Source of the DNA: an uncultured Actinomycetota bacterium
GTDB taxonomy: Bacteria; Actinomycetota; Actinomycetes; JAHEKZ01
Direction of reading: 5' to 3'
NCBI GenBank assembly: GCA_963743915.1
Contig: CAVURN010000002.1
Location: 480,001 to 544,000, forward strand
Length of the DNA stretch: 64,000 nucleotides
The notes beneath the pieces were generated by a model, which ran no database searches, was not told the origin of the DNA, and saw nothing but the letters and a program-made list of their open reading frames with translations. Shown one piece after another: positions 1 through 9,720 of the stretch. The position numbers and the translations under genes are program-made. How positions within the stretch are numbered: the stretch's first letter is position 1; each line of letters opens with the position of its first letter.

Positions 1-300
1 CATGCCGTGGCGGTCCCAGGCCTCGTCCATCGCCCGCTTGACCCGCGGCGGCGTTGGCCCGAACGGAGACGCACCCCAGGCCGACATGTGGTCGGCGAAA
101 GTGTTGCCGTCGACGTCGACGATCAGCGACCCGCGCTTGGACGCCTCCACGAACGGCACGATCGTGTGGTCGGCCATGGTGCCGGTGATGTGCTTGTCGG
201 ACCGCTCGAACCACTCGCGGCTCTTGGGGCCCGGCAGCTCGGTGACGATGTTCGGCAGCTCGTGGGCGACGCTCACGTCACTGGTGGTGGTGCTGGCCAT
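1..300 (-). CDS. class III PLP aminotransferase (GabT-like), 5' part; runs off the window
   Basis: Manual translation from ATG at 300: MASTTT...PNIVTELPGPKSREW...LIVDVDGNTFADH, a typical class III aminotransferase N-terminus; not in the ORF track. Confidence 0.8.
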   Translation of the reverse strand, partial: MASTTTSDVSVAHELPNIVTELPGPKSREWFERSDKHITGTMADHTIVPFVEASKRGSLIVDVDGNTFADHMSAWGASPFGPTPPRVKRAMDEAWDRHGM

Positions 301-367
301 GCGGGCCTCCTGCGCTCGACGATGGTCGTCACCGTAGAACGGTCACGCGCTCCGCACAGCAGTTTCG

Positions 368-384
368 ACTACGAAAATCGTAGT
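368..384. promoter_or_regulatory. palindromic operator candidate upstream of the aminotransferase
   Basis: Perfect inverted repeat ACTACGA-AAA-TCGTAGT in an AT-rich intergenic patch. Confidence 0.45.
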
Positions 385-413
385 AGAGCCGCAGAATACT
401 GTCGTGATTCGTA

Positions 414-1136
414 TCAGGCTGCGGTGACTGCCGTGCGCTCACTCGCCGCACCCGCGTCCACGGGACGTGAGGTCTTCGCTCGCGACGCGTAGACGTCGAC
501 GTACTCCTGGCCGGCGAGCTCCATGAGCTCGTACATCAGCTCGTCGGTCACCGATCGGAGCACGAACCGGTCATCCTCCATGCCCTCATACCGCGAGAAG
601 TCCAGGGGCGTGCCGATCCGGATGCCGATCCGCCCGAGCCGGGGAATGATCTTGCCGGGAGGCTGCACCTCACGCGTGTTGATCATCGCGACCGGGATCA
701 CCGGCACCTGCGTCTCCAGCGCCATCCGCGCCACGCCCGTCTTGCCGCGGTAGAGCCTGCCGTCCGGGGACCGGGTGCCCTCGGGGTAGATGCCCAGCAG
801 CTTGCCCTCGCCCAGCACCCGCAGACCGGTGGCGATGGCCGCCTCGCTGGCGCGGCCACCCGTCCGGTCGACGGGAACCTGTCCCACCGCACCGAAGAAC
901 CAGGCGGTCAGCCGCCCCTTGAGGCCGCGCCCGGTGAAGTAGTCGCTCTTGGCCAGGAACGTGATGTGCCGGTCGACCATCAGGGGCAGGAACACCGAGT
1001 CCGAGAACGACAGGTGGTTGCTGGCCAGGATCGCCGGGCCGTCCTCGGGGATGTTCTCGAGGCCCTGTACCCAGGGTCGGAACAGGAGACGCAGCCACGG
1101 ACCGACGAGGACGTACTTCATCAGCCAGTACAGCAA
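414..1136 (-). CDS. lysophospholipid (1-acyl-G3P) acyltransferase, PlsC family
   Basis: NHLSFSD and YPEGTRS motifs; TTG start after GGAAAGGAG. Confidence 0.9.
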   Translation of the reverse strand: MLYWLMKYVLVGPWLRLLFRPWVQGLENIPEDGPAILASNHLSFSDSVFLPLMVDRHITFLAKSDYFTGRGLKGRLTAWFFGAVGQVPVDRTGGRASEAAIATGLRVLGEGKLLGIYPEGTRSPDGRLYRGKTGVARMALETQVPVIPVAMINTREVQPPGKIIPRLGRIGIRIGTPLDFSRYEGMEDDRFVLRSVTDELMYELMELAGQEYVDVYASRAKTSRPVDAGAASERTAVTAA

Positions 1137-1316
1137 AGCGTCTCCTTTCCGGTCCGGACGGCTCCCCTCGGGCGCGGCGGACCTGCCGCAGGGCAGCCTA
1201 TTGACCGCATCTGCCCTGGGCAACGTCCGGTCGGGTGCCATCGCGCCGGACACCGTGTCACGATGGCGAGGTGGACCGCCGACCGGCGGCACCGCCCCCG
1301 GCCACCGGAGCATCTT

Positions 1317-2123
1317 GTGCCAGACCGCCCCGTCCAACCCGGCGCCGCGCCCTTCCGGCACGACGGCGGCAGCACCGGAGTGCTGCTCTGCCACGGCTTC
1401 ACCGGCTCCCCTGCCTCGCTCCGGCCATGGGCGGAGCAGCTGGCGGCGGTCGGACTGTCGGTGCGGCTGCCCCTGCTTCCCGGACATGGCAGTGACTGGC
1501 GTGACCTCGCCCTCACCCGCTGGCCCGACTGGTACCTGACCGTCGAGCGCGAGCTGCTCGACCTCGCCGCCGTCTGCGACCAGGTCTTCGTCATGGGGCT
1601 GTCGATGGGCGGCACCCTCACCCTGCGCCTCGCCCAGCAGCATCCCGACGCGGTCGCCGGCATCGCCGTCGTCAACCCGTCGGTGCACTCCCGCAACCAG
1701 GCCCTGAAGGCGCTTCCCGTGCTCCGTCACGTGGTGCCCGCCGTCCCAGGCATCCGCAACGACATCAAACGCCCGGGGCAGGACGAGGTCGCCTACGACC
1801 GCATGCCGCTGCAGGCGCTGCACTCGCTGACCCAGCTCTGGGCGGACGTGTCCCGCGACCTGCCGTCGGTGACCTGTCCGGTACTGGTCTTCGCCAGCGA
1901 CGAGGACCACGTGGTCGAGCCGAGCAACGCCGTCGAGGTGGTCGAGCGCGTGGGGGCCACCGACGTCACGATGGTTCCCCTCCACGACAGCTACCACGTG
2001 GCCACGCTCGACAACGACGCGCCGCTCATCGTCGAGCAGAGCCTGGCCTTCGTCCGCCGCCTCACCGGCGACGAGTCGATCCCCACCCCAGCTGCCCCCT
2101 CCTCGGCCGGGCGGAGGCCGTGA
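1317..2123 (+). CDS. alpha/beta-hydrolase carboxylesterase / monoacylglycerol lipase
   Basis: HGFTG, GLSMGG nucleophile elbow, DHVV, SYHV. Confidence 0.88.
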   Translation: MPDRPVQPGAAPFRHDGGSTGVLLCHGFTGSPASLRPWAEQLAAVGLSVRLPLLPGHGSDWRDLALTRWPDWYLTVERELLDLAAVCDQVFVMGLSMGGTLTLRLAQQHPDAVAGIAVVNPSVHSRNQALKALPVLRHVVPAVPGIRNDIKRPGQDEVAYDRMPLQALHSLTQLWADVSRDLPSVTCPVLVFASDEDHVVEPSNAVEVVERVGATDVTMVPLHDSYHVATLDNDAPLIVEQSLAFVRRLTGDESIPTPAAPSSAGRRP

Positions 2124-2653
2124 CGCCCTCCGCCGACGAGCCGCACGACGGGCGACCCGACCCCGAGGAGCTCGACGCCGAGTTCGACGCCATCGTCGCG
2201 CGCCTGACCGCTCCGGAGACCGGGGCCGCACCGTGGCCGGAGGCCGAGCAGACCTCGGACGCCGGCGACCCACCGCCGGCACCGCCACCGGTGCGGCGGA
2301 CGCCGGACCGCGACTGGGCCGAGTGGGACGACCTGCGCATCCCCTCGGTCGAACCCGAATCCGAGTCCGAGTCACCAGAGGACGAGGAGGACGACGACAG
2401 TGATGACGGGCACTTCGTGCCGCCGGAGCCGGCCCCGGTGCCACGCGGCGACTCCCGGACGCGCTGGGCATGGGCCGGTGCGTTGGGAGCGCCCGTGCTG
2501 GCGATCGTGCTGCCGCTGCTGGGCTGGGGGCTGGACGGTCTCACCGGGATTGGACTCGTGCTGGCGTTCCTCGTCGGGTTCGGCTACCTCATCTCACGAC
2601 TGCGCGAGGGTCCGCGGATCGACGGTGGCCCCGACGACGGCGCCGTCGTCTGA
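2120..2653 (+). CDS. conserved actinobacterial membrane protein
   Basis: Acidic N-terminus, HFVPPEP, two TM helices, C-terminal DDGAVV; overlaps the esterase stop. Confidence 0.75.
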   Translation: MTPSADEPHDGRPDPEELDAEFDAIVARLTAPETGAAPWPEAEQTSDAGDPPPAPPPVRRTPDRDWAEWDDLRIPSVEPESESESPEDEEDDDSDDGHFVPPEPAPVPRGDSRTRWAWAGALGAPVLAIVLPLLGWGLDGLTGIGLVLAFLVGFGYLISRLREGPRIDGGPDDGAVV

Positions 2654-2668
2654 ACCGGCTTGCGGGCG

Positions 2669-3995
2669 TCACCAGGGGGCGAGCAGCTCGGCTAGGCCGG
2701 CGTCAGGCACGGCGCTCCACGTCGGCAGCTCGCGGGACGCGTAGACCAGCGCGTGGCACTCGGCCTCGATCTCGAAGGCGCGCAGCAGCCGCTCGTCGAA
2801 CAGCGTCCGACCGGCCCGCCCCGGTCAGCGTCGACCGGTACGCGTCGAACAGCGTCGACCTGACCGCCCCGACCCAGGTGGGCACGCGCTCAGCGGGCAC
2901 GTCCTCTCCCCCGTTGACCATGCGCCGCAGGGCTCCGTGCGCCACATGAGCGATCTCGCGGAAGATCTGAGCGAGATCCATCACCGCCAGCTGCGGGGAG
3001 GGACACGGCACGACCAGCAGTGGGTCGAGGGTGACTCGTCCCTCGCTGCCGAGGCGGAACTGCTCGAGGCTGCCCAGGCGCACCGGTGGCAGCGTCAGCG
3101 CCCCGCCCGCTTCGGCGAGCTGGGCGAACGAGGCGCGCAGCTCGTCCATGTGGCTGCGGAGCATCTCCCGCACCGACGCGTCGGTGAGCACCATCGCTTC
3201 GGACAGCACGTCCTTGACGCGCCGCTCGAGCACCGACGCCGTGTCCGCGTCCAGGGTCTGAGTCGGCTGGGACACGGCGTCCGACGGGGTGGCCAGAGCC
3301 AGGTGGGCCCGCGCCACCACCGTGCCCAACGCCGTCGCGATGGCGAGCGTCGATGCCGACGTGTCCTTGCCCCGCAGGTGTCGGGTGGCCTCACGGTTCA
3401 GCTGCTCCGCGACGGAGGTGCCGTCCTGAGCGAGGCCGACCAGAACGATGGGGGCGAGGCCGTGCGTGCCGTCCTCGGCCTCCCACACGAGGTCGAGCAC
3501 CCCACCGGCGACCAGCTCCGGGTCGGAGTGTGCGATGTGGCGCCAGGGCTGCAGCACGGGGGCGTCCACGCTGCTGGGCTCGAACACCACACGGACGCGG
3601 TAGGTGTCCGCGACCTCGATCACCTCCTGGCGCGTCGACGATCCGACCGGCTGCTCGGTCAACGCACCAACGAGCGCCGCGGCGTCCGGTTCCTCGAGCA
3701 CGCGGACCCGCCACCCTCGCTCCTGCGGTCGAGCGGCGCCCGACCCCAGTGCCACGACACCGGTGGCCCAGCCGTCTCCCGCCCGGGCCCGCCGGGGGCG
3801 AAGGGCGTCGTCGACCAGAGGCAGGGTGTGGAAGCGGTCCGCGTCGTCGACCGCCAGCCCGATCCACGAGGGTGGCTCGGACGCGGGCAGCGCGAGCGCA
3901 TCGAGCACGCGAAGCCGATGAGGGGCAGGGACGCCGTGGGGCAGCAGGAGACGCGGCGGGATCTCCTCGATCCGCGTCACCAGGCTCTCCGTCAT
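2669..3995 (-). CDS. glucosamine kinase/maltokinase-like protein with degenerate catalytic motifs; frameshift near 2805
   Basis: Restored C-terminus LFDERLLRAFEIEAECHALVYASRELPTW; ALGTVVARAHLALA helix; no HGD or DFD/E motif. Confidence 0.6.
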
Positions 3996-4052
3996 GGCCC
4001 TCCGCAGTCTGTGCGTGCACGCGGTGGCCGGTGCCGAGCGGCACCGGCTGGT

Positions 4053-4733
4053 TCAGCCCACCACATCGACGACGACCGGTCGGTGATCGGTGGCCGCAAT
4101 GAGGTCCGTTTCGCCCACAATGTCAGACGGTGAGACGACGGACACTTTCCAGCCCCGCGGGATCAACACGGTGTCGATCCGCCGCCGAGGGGCCGACGCC
4201 GGGAAGGTCGGCTGATCATGCTCGGCGCCCACGTCCTCGTGGCCGGCCGCGAGCGCGCGCCAGGCGGGAGCATCCGCCTTCTCGTTGAAGTCGCCGGCCA
4301 CCACCCAGGGCTGGTCGCGCCCCGCGAGAAGGCGGAGGATGTCGTCGGCATGCCGCCGTCTTTCGTCAGCGTCCAGCCCGAGGTGCAGGGACCCGGCCGT
4401 GAAGGTTCGCCCCGACACCGACAGCCGAGCGACGGCCAGTCCCCGCTGGTGCAGGCCTCTCGTCCGGGGCAGCAGGACGCTCGTCGCCGCGTCCACGTCG
4501 ACCCGCAGAGTGGTGAGCAGTGCCACCCCTGCGGCGGGCTTACCGCCGGCCGCCACCACCAGCCCGGACTCGCGCGCCAGCGCCGCCAGCTTCGACTGCG
4601 CGCGGAGGAACCGGGGTGCCTCCTGGACGAACAGGACATCTGGGGCACACGTCCGCAGCACCCGGACCATCGCGTCACGGTCGTCGCGCAGCGATCGGAG
4701 GTTCCAGGTCATCAGGCGGAGCGGACGAGGCAC
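4053..4733 (-). CDS. endonuclease/exonuclease/phosphatase family protein
   Basis: MTWN, VQE, AGDFN, RID and TDHRP motifs; GTG start after GAAAGGAGG. Confidence 0.88.
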   Translation of the reverse strand: MPRPLRLMTWNLRSLRDDRDAMVRVLRTCAPDVLFVQEAPRFLRAQSKLAALARESGLVVAAGGKPAAGVALLTTLRVDVDAATSVLLPRTRGLHQRGLAVARLSVSGRTFTAGSLHLGLDADERRRHADDILRLLAGRDQPWVVAGDFNEKADAPAWRALAAGHEDVGAEHDQPTFPASAPRRRIDTVLIPRGWKVSVVSPSDIVGETDLIAATDHRPVVVDVVG

Positions 4734-4864
4734 GTGTCCTCCTTTCGGGTGAAGGCGGGGACTATCGTTGCCCAGGATCCACAGGCAGAGGACACTTCTA
4801 CCAGCGCTGGACTGCACAGCGCTTGATAGGCCGATCGGGCGACGTTGCCCACCGAGGGGGACCC

Positions 4865-5373
4865 ATGATCGCTCGCCTGCGAGCGGCGAGCCGCGGCGAC
4901 GAGGGCGCGTCAGCGCTCGAGTTCGCGCTGATCGGTCTGTTCATCGTCGTGCCGCTCGTCTTCGGTGCGATCTCCTTCGGCCTGGTCTTCGCCGGCAACC
5001 TGGCGACGTCCAACGCCGCACGGCAAGGTGCGCGGCTGGGAACCGTGATCGGGGGCGATCCGGCCAACCCCAACGACTGCGGTGACATCGTCACCGAGAC
5101 CCGCGACGCCATCAAGGGCATCGGCGCATCGAACAGCAACCTGAGCGTGCAGGTGATCCGAGGCGCCACCACCGTATGCGCCACCAACGGCAGCGGCACC
5201 TTCACGACGGGGTACGCGCGACCGTCGTTCCCTGTGACAACGCACCCGACAACACGTCGATCACGGTCTACGCCCGCTCGTACACGCCGATCTTCTTCAT
5301 CCCGCCGTACTACTTCAAGTCGAACGGCTACCCGCTCGAGGGCAAGGGGGTCTACCGATGCGAGTTCAAGTAG
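4865..5373 (+). CDS. tadE: TadE-like minor pilin (frameshift near 5220)
   Basis: G/ASALEFALI prepilin motif, TM segment, AARQGAR, C-terminal YRCE. Confidence 0.8.
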
Positions 5374-6499
5374 ACCGGCTGCGCAGCATCGAGGACCGAG
5401 ATGCCGGCGCCACGGCGCTCATCCTCGTCTTCATGACCCTGATCTTCCTGGGGTTCGCCGCGTTCGCCGTCGACGCGGGGGCCGGCTACCTCAGCAAGCG
5501 CAACCTGCAGAACGCTGCTGACGCCGCCGCCCTGGCCGCCGCTGACTCCCTCGTCGACGAGAGCGGCACGTGCGCGCAGGTGGCCGCGGACACAACCGCG
5601 GTCGACGCCGCGCACGACATCGCCGCCGCCTACTCGGCCGACAACCGCGCGAGCAACATCGAGACCGGCTTCGAGGTGCGCTGCGACGACTCCGGCCGAC
5701 GGATCGAGGTCTGGTACCGCAACGGCGGCACGGTCGACTCGATCTTCTCGGCGATGATCGGTGCAGGGTCCAGGACCGCGGCCGAGCGCGAGGCTGTGGC
5801 GTCGGTCGGCGTGCCGGGCAGCGTGACCGGACTGCGCCCCTACTTCATCTGCATCACGTCGGCTGACGCCCTGCGCGCGTCGGGCGGGTGGCTCCGGATC
5901 GAGTTCCCCGCGCCCGGCTGCGGAAACCAGCCAGGGAACTGGTACACCGTGGACTGCCCGGAGGACGGAACCGGCAACAGCACCCCCGTACTGGCGAGCA
6001 ACACGACCAACGGCTGCTCGGCGGAGATCAGCATCGTCGACCTGACCTCTGCCAATGGAGATCCCGCGGCCGAGCAAGCGCTGCTGCTAGCGGCCTGCCA
6101 GGGCTCCCCAGTGCTGTCGGCAGAGCGCGGTTGCCTGACGGGTAACACCGGCAACCTGTCGAGCAACCCGATCTCCAACGCGTGGGACGGCCTGCTCGGT
6201 CAGACCATCGCGCTGCCGGTCTTCGACCTCAACACGCGTCGTCGACACCGGCAACAACGCCCGCTACCCGATCCGCGCGATCCTCGGGTGCCAAGGTCTG
6301 CGGCTACAAGTGGAACAGCAAGGACGAAGTGTCCACCGACCCGCAATGTGCCGGCGTCGTGATCCCCGGCGGCAACGACAACTTCCTCTGGCTGAAGTAC
6401 GACAGCTATCAGACGTCGGGGACCTCGAAGCCGTCCACCTGTGCCGTGGGCGACCCGGAGTGCGACTACGGGCTGCGCAACGTCTCGCTCGACGAGTGA
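5358..6499 (+). CDS. tadG: TadG-like pilus protein / tip adhesin, Cys-rich (frameshifts near 6235-6290)
   Basis: GATALI...FAVDAG...LQNAADAAALAAA Tad N-terminal motif. Confidence 0.78.
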
Positions 6500-7876
6500 C
6501 TAACGCACCAGGCCGCGGTCAGCCTCGCTCGGCCGACGGTTCTTGGTCGCGTCGAAGACCACGTTGAGCGTGGCGTTGGTGCCGGAGAAGGCCACGTCGT
6601 TGACCACGACGAACGACGAGAACGGTACGTCGGTGCCGCCATTTCCACGCAGGTCGAGCGTCGCGTTGACGCCGTAGATCGTGCCCGAGACAGTCGAGGC
6701 ACCGTTGCCCACCAGCAGCATGTCGGCGGTGTTGTACCGGTCATAGACCAATGCATACCCGTACAGCTCCTCGGGCAGAGACGGATACGTGCTCTTCAAC
6801 GGGGCCTCCAGCAGGTAGCCGCCGTTGCCGGAGAGCTTGATCCCACCACCCTCCTCGCCACCCTCGGCGCAGGCCTCGGGCACAGTGCCGTCACCACAGG
6901 TGAAGTAGAACGTCACGCCGTTGGCCTGGAGCTGTCCCGCATTGCCGGAGAGCTCGAAGTCACCCGTGAACACGTACAGTCCGGGCTGCAGCACACAGTC
7001 GCCGGACCGTGTGCTTTTGTACTCGCCGTAGATGCCAGGGCCGTCCGCGCAGGGGTCCACCTTGGCGGCGAGGGTCTCCTGCGTGGCGAATGGGAGAACA
7101 TCGGCCGCCAGTGGGTCGACGATGCGTGGCTGACCGGTCTGACCGGCGCCGTTCTGGAACTTCGTTCCGTTGCTCTTCACGGTGCCCTCGACGTAGGCGT
7201 TGCCGCCGTCGAGTACCTGCGTCCCGTCCTCGGCGGCGACGTATCCCTCGAGAGACCCGGCGTAGCCGTTCGGACCGATGTCGACGTTGCCGTTGAACCA
7301 GAGGTTCCCGCCCGTGACGGTGAGGTTGCCGTTCTGAAGGTCATGGTCCACCGTCCCGAGCACGCAGAAGGAGCAGACGCTGGCGCCTCCGGGGTCGAGG
7401 CGTGCCTGGGCAAGGGCGCCGATGGTCACGCCTTCGTACCCGGCCACGCCGCCGAAGATGCTCGGCTGCTCGCGCACAGGGACGACGACCAGCACGTTGC
7501 GGGGGTAGAGAAAGGCGTCGAAGCTGATGCAGTTGGTCCCGGTGCCCGGATGGACGTACGCCAGAGGCTCGGCGGCGGTGCACGACGACCACTCCGCCTC
7601 CGTCGTGCCGTAGTTCTCTGCGGCATAGGCCTTCGCCGCATCGACTGCAGCCGGGAAGTCACCCGGTTGGTTCAGGCGTGGAGCAGTGGTCGCGTAGAGC
7701 GCGTTCGCCGCGGCGAGCGCCGCGGCGTCCGCAGTGTTCTGCGCCTGACGGCGACTGTCACGCGCGATTCCGAGATCGACGACCAGCGCAGCGATGACGA
7801 ACAGCATCACCGCCATGATGGCCGTCACGACCGCGACCGCCCCATGGTCTGCGGTGCCCTTGCGGCTCATCCACAC
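6500..7876 (-). CDS. tadG: second TadG-like pilus protein with Gly/Asn-rich beta-solenoid-like C-terminus
   Basis: GAVAVV...VVDLG...AQNTADAAALAAA; LQPGLYVF, GNG repeats. Confidence 0.8.
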   Translation of the reverse strand: MWMSRKGTADHGAVAVVTAIMAVMLFVIAALVVDLGIARDSRRQAQNTADAAALAAANALYATTAPRLNQPGDFPAAVDAAKAYAAENYGTTEAEWSSCTAAEPLAYVHPGTGTNCISFDAFLYPRNVLVVVPVREQPSIFGGVAGYEGVTIGALAQARLDPGGASVCSFCVLGTVDHDLQNGNLTVTGGNLWFNGNVDIGPNGYAGSLEGYVAAEDGTQVLDGGNAYVEGTVKSNGTKFQNGAGQTGQPRIVDPLAADVLPFATQETLAAKVDPCADGPGIYGEYKSTRSGDCVLQPGLYVFTGDFELSGNAGQLQANGVTFYFTCGDGTVPEACAEGGEEGGGIKLSGNGGYLLEAPLKSTYPSLPEELYGYALVYDRYNTADMLLVGNGASTVSGTIYGVNATLDLRGNGGTDVPFSSFVVVNDVAFSGTNATLNVVFDATKNRRPSEADRGLVR

Positions 7877-8377
7877 CAGTCCCAGTTCGCACCGGTCGGC
7901 GGAGCCTCGCTACCCCCCGTGAAGGTGACGCGCGGATCGGTCTTCTCGATGGACATCTCCACCTGGCTAAGCACGATGCGGTCGTTCGGCAGGGGGATGA
8001 TCCCGGTGCCGATCCCGACCTTCATCTGCGAGCAGACCACGAGGGGCTTGCCCCGCACCCATCCCTCCGGCGCCATCACCTTGACGGCTGGGTCACCGGT
8101 GATGCCCCCGATGCGGTCCTGGGCCGTGCACATGAGCTTGAGGCTGTTCGCATCACCGCTGGCCCCCGTCAGGTCGCCGCAGGTCTCCCCGAAGTTCGCC
8201 GACGACCCCCTGCCGAGCCGCTTCGCGCACGCCCTGTCGGGTCGAGAGCGAGTCGGAGAACCACAGTCCGTACTCGATGATGCCGAACACCAGAAAGAGC
8301 AGGATCGGAACGACGAACGCGAACTCGACGGCGGCAGCGCCGTCGTCGCGGTCTCGACCCAGTCGCAGTCGGTCCAT
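7867..8377 (-). CDS. tadE: second TadE-like minor pilin (frameshift near 8200)
   Basis: G/AAAVEFAFVVPILLFLVFGIIEYG...VREAARQG; ATG after GGAGGGAG. Confidence 0.82.
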
Positions 8378-8421
8378 GACTCCCTCCGCCGGGACGCCCC
8401 TCGGCATCCCGTCCCGATCCG

Positions 8422-8450
8422 CCATCGGCAGGAATCGGGGAGTGCTTGAG
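8422..8450 (-). promoter_or_regulatory. sigma-28 (FliA/WhiG)-type promoter
   Basis: CTCAAG-N15-GCCGATGG upstream of tadE2. Confidence 0.65.
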
Positions 8451-8498
8451 GTGGGGTCGCTCCGACGGGGGCCCGCAACTACCGTGCGTAGCAACCGG

Positions 8499-9406
8499 TC
8501 ACGATGAGTGGCGCGCCGCCAGCAACGCGGCTCCGACCACGCCCGCCTCGTTGCCGAGCGTCGCCGCAACGCACCGGGGGCAGCGGTCGCCTTCCGGCAC
8601 CGGTCACGTTCTCCCGACATCAGCTGACGTGCAGGCTCCAGCAGCAGGTCACCGGCCTCACTGACGCCACCGCCCACCACGATGACCGCGGGGTCCAGGA
8701 CCGCGACCAGGCTGGCCAGGCCGCGCCCGAGCCACTCGCCCACCTCGGTGACGGCAGCCAGCGCCTTGGCGTCGCCGGCCACTTGCGCCAGCGCAGTGAT
8801 GCCGGGTCCCCCGACCTCGGGGTCACCGCCGTGCTCGAGGTACTGGGCGACGAGCGCGGTGCCGCTCGCGTACCGCTCCCAGCAGCCACGGCTGCCGCAC
8901 GGGCACGACCGCCCTCCCACGACCACGGTGATGTGCCCGGCCTCGCCGGCGAAGCCGTAGTGGCCACGGTAGAGCGCGTCGCTGAGCACGAGACCCGCCC
9001 CGAGTCCGGTTCCCAGCGCCACGAACAGCATGTCGGCGCTCCCCTGGCCCGCACCACACACGTGCTCGGCCCAGGCAGCGGCGTTCGCATCGTTGTCGAC
9101 GAGCACCGAGAGCCCAAGCTCTCGCGTCAGGTCGGCTGCCAGCGGTTCACCGGCGAGCGGCAGGTGCGGTGAGAACAGGACGTGCGTGCCGTCGGCGGCG
9201 ACGTTGCCGGCGATCGCCAGTCCCACGGCGTCCACCTCGTGGTCACTGGTGACTTCTCGAACGGCTGCGACGATGCCGACGACCAGCGCGTGGTACTCGG
9301 TGGACTCCGTCTCGGCACGACTCCGGCGCAGCACCGTCCCGGATTCGTCCAGCAGCGCGGCAGCAACCTTCGTGCCGCCGACGTCCACCCCCACCGAGAG
9401 ACCCAC
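8499..9406 (-). CDS. glkA: ROK-family glucokinase (frameshifts near the 3' end)
   Basis: GVDVGGTK, DNDANAA, GEAGH, CPCGSRGCWE; restored LGNEAGVVGAALLA; position next to DUF5304. Confidence 0.85.
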
Positions 9407-9417
9407 GGCGCTTCCTT

Positions 9418-9720
9418 TCAGTCGATGTCGATGTGCTCGACGTCGGGTCGCGTCGCCCGCGCCCACTGGTCCTCATGCTCGCTTACCGCCGCTCGTACAG
9501 CCGCGACCAGAGCCTCGGCCGCCCGTCCGAGCTGGTCGACCACCTCCGGGTGATGGTCGCGCAGGGCCGACAGCCCGAGGCAGATCGGACAGGCGCGACA
9601 CTCGGCGCTGCCAGTTGCGATCGGCACCGACGGAATGCCGCGTTCATCCAGCCATGACGAGAGGGCATCGAGCAGTCGACCTGCCTCCTGCGCCGCGCTG
9701 CCGAGGGGTTCGTCGGTCAT
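9418..9720 (-). CDS. DUF5304-like protein
   Basis: ECRACPIC motif, C-terminal VEHIDID; position between glk and ArsA. Confidence 0.75.
   Translation of the reverse strand: MTDEPLGSAAQEAGRLLDALSSWLDERGIPSVPIATGSAECRACPICLGLSALRDHHPEVVDQLGRAAEALVAAVRAAVSEHEDQWARATRPDVEHIDID

Noticed and set aside
4865-8377. Invertible shufflon for the convergent TadE/TadG cassettes
   Set aside because: No recombinase and no flanking inverted repeats seen beyond paralogous pilin N-termini
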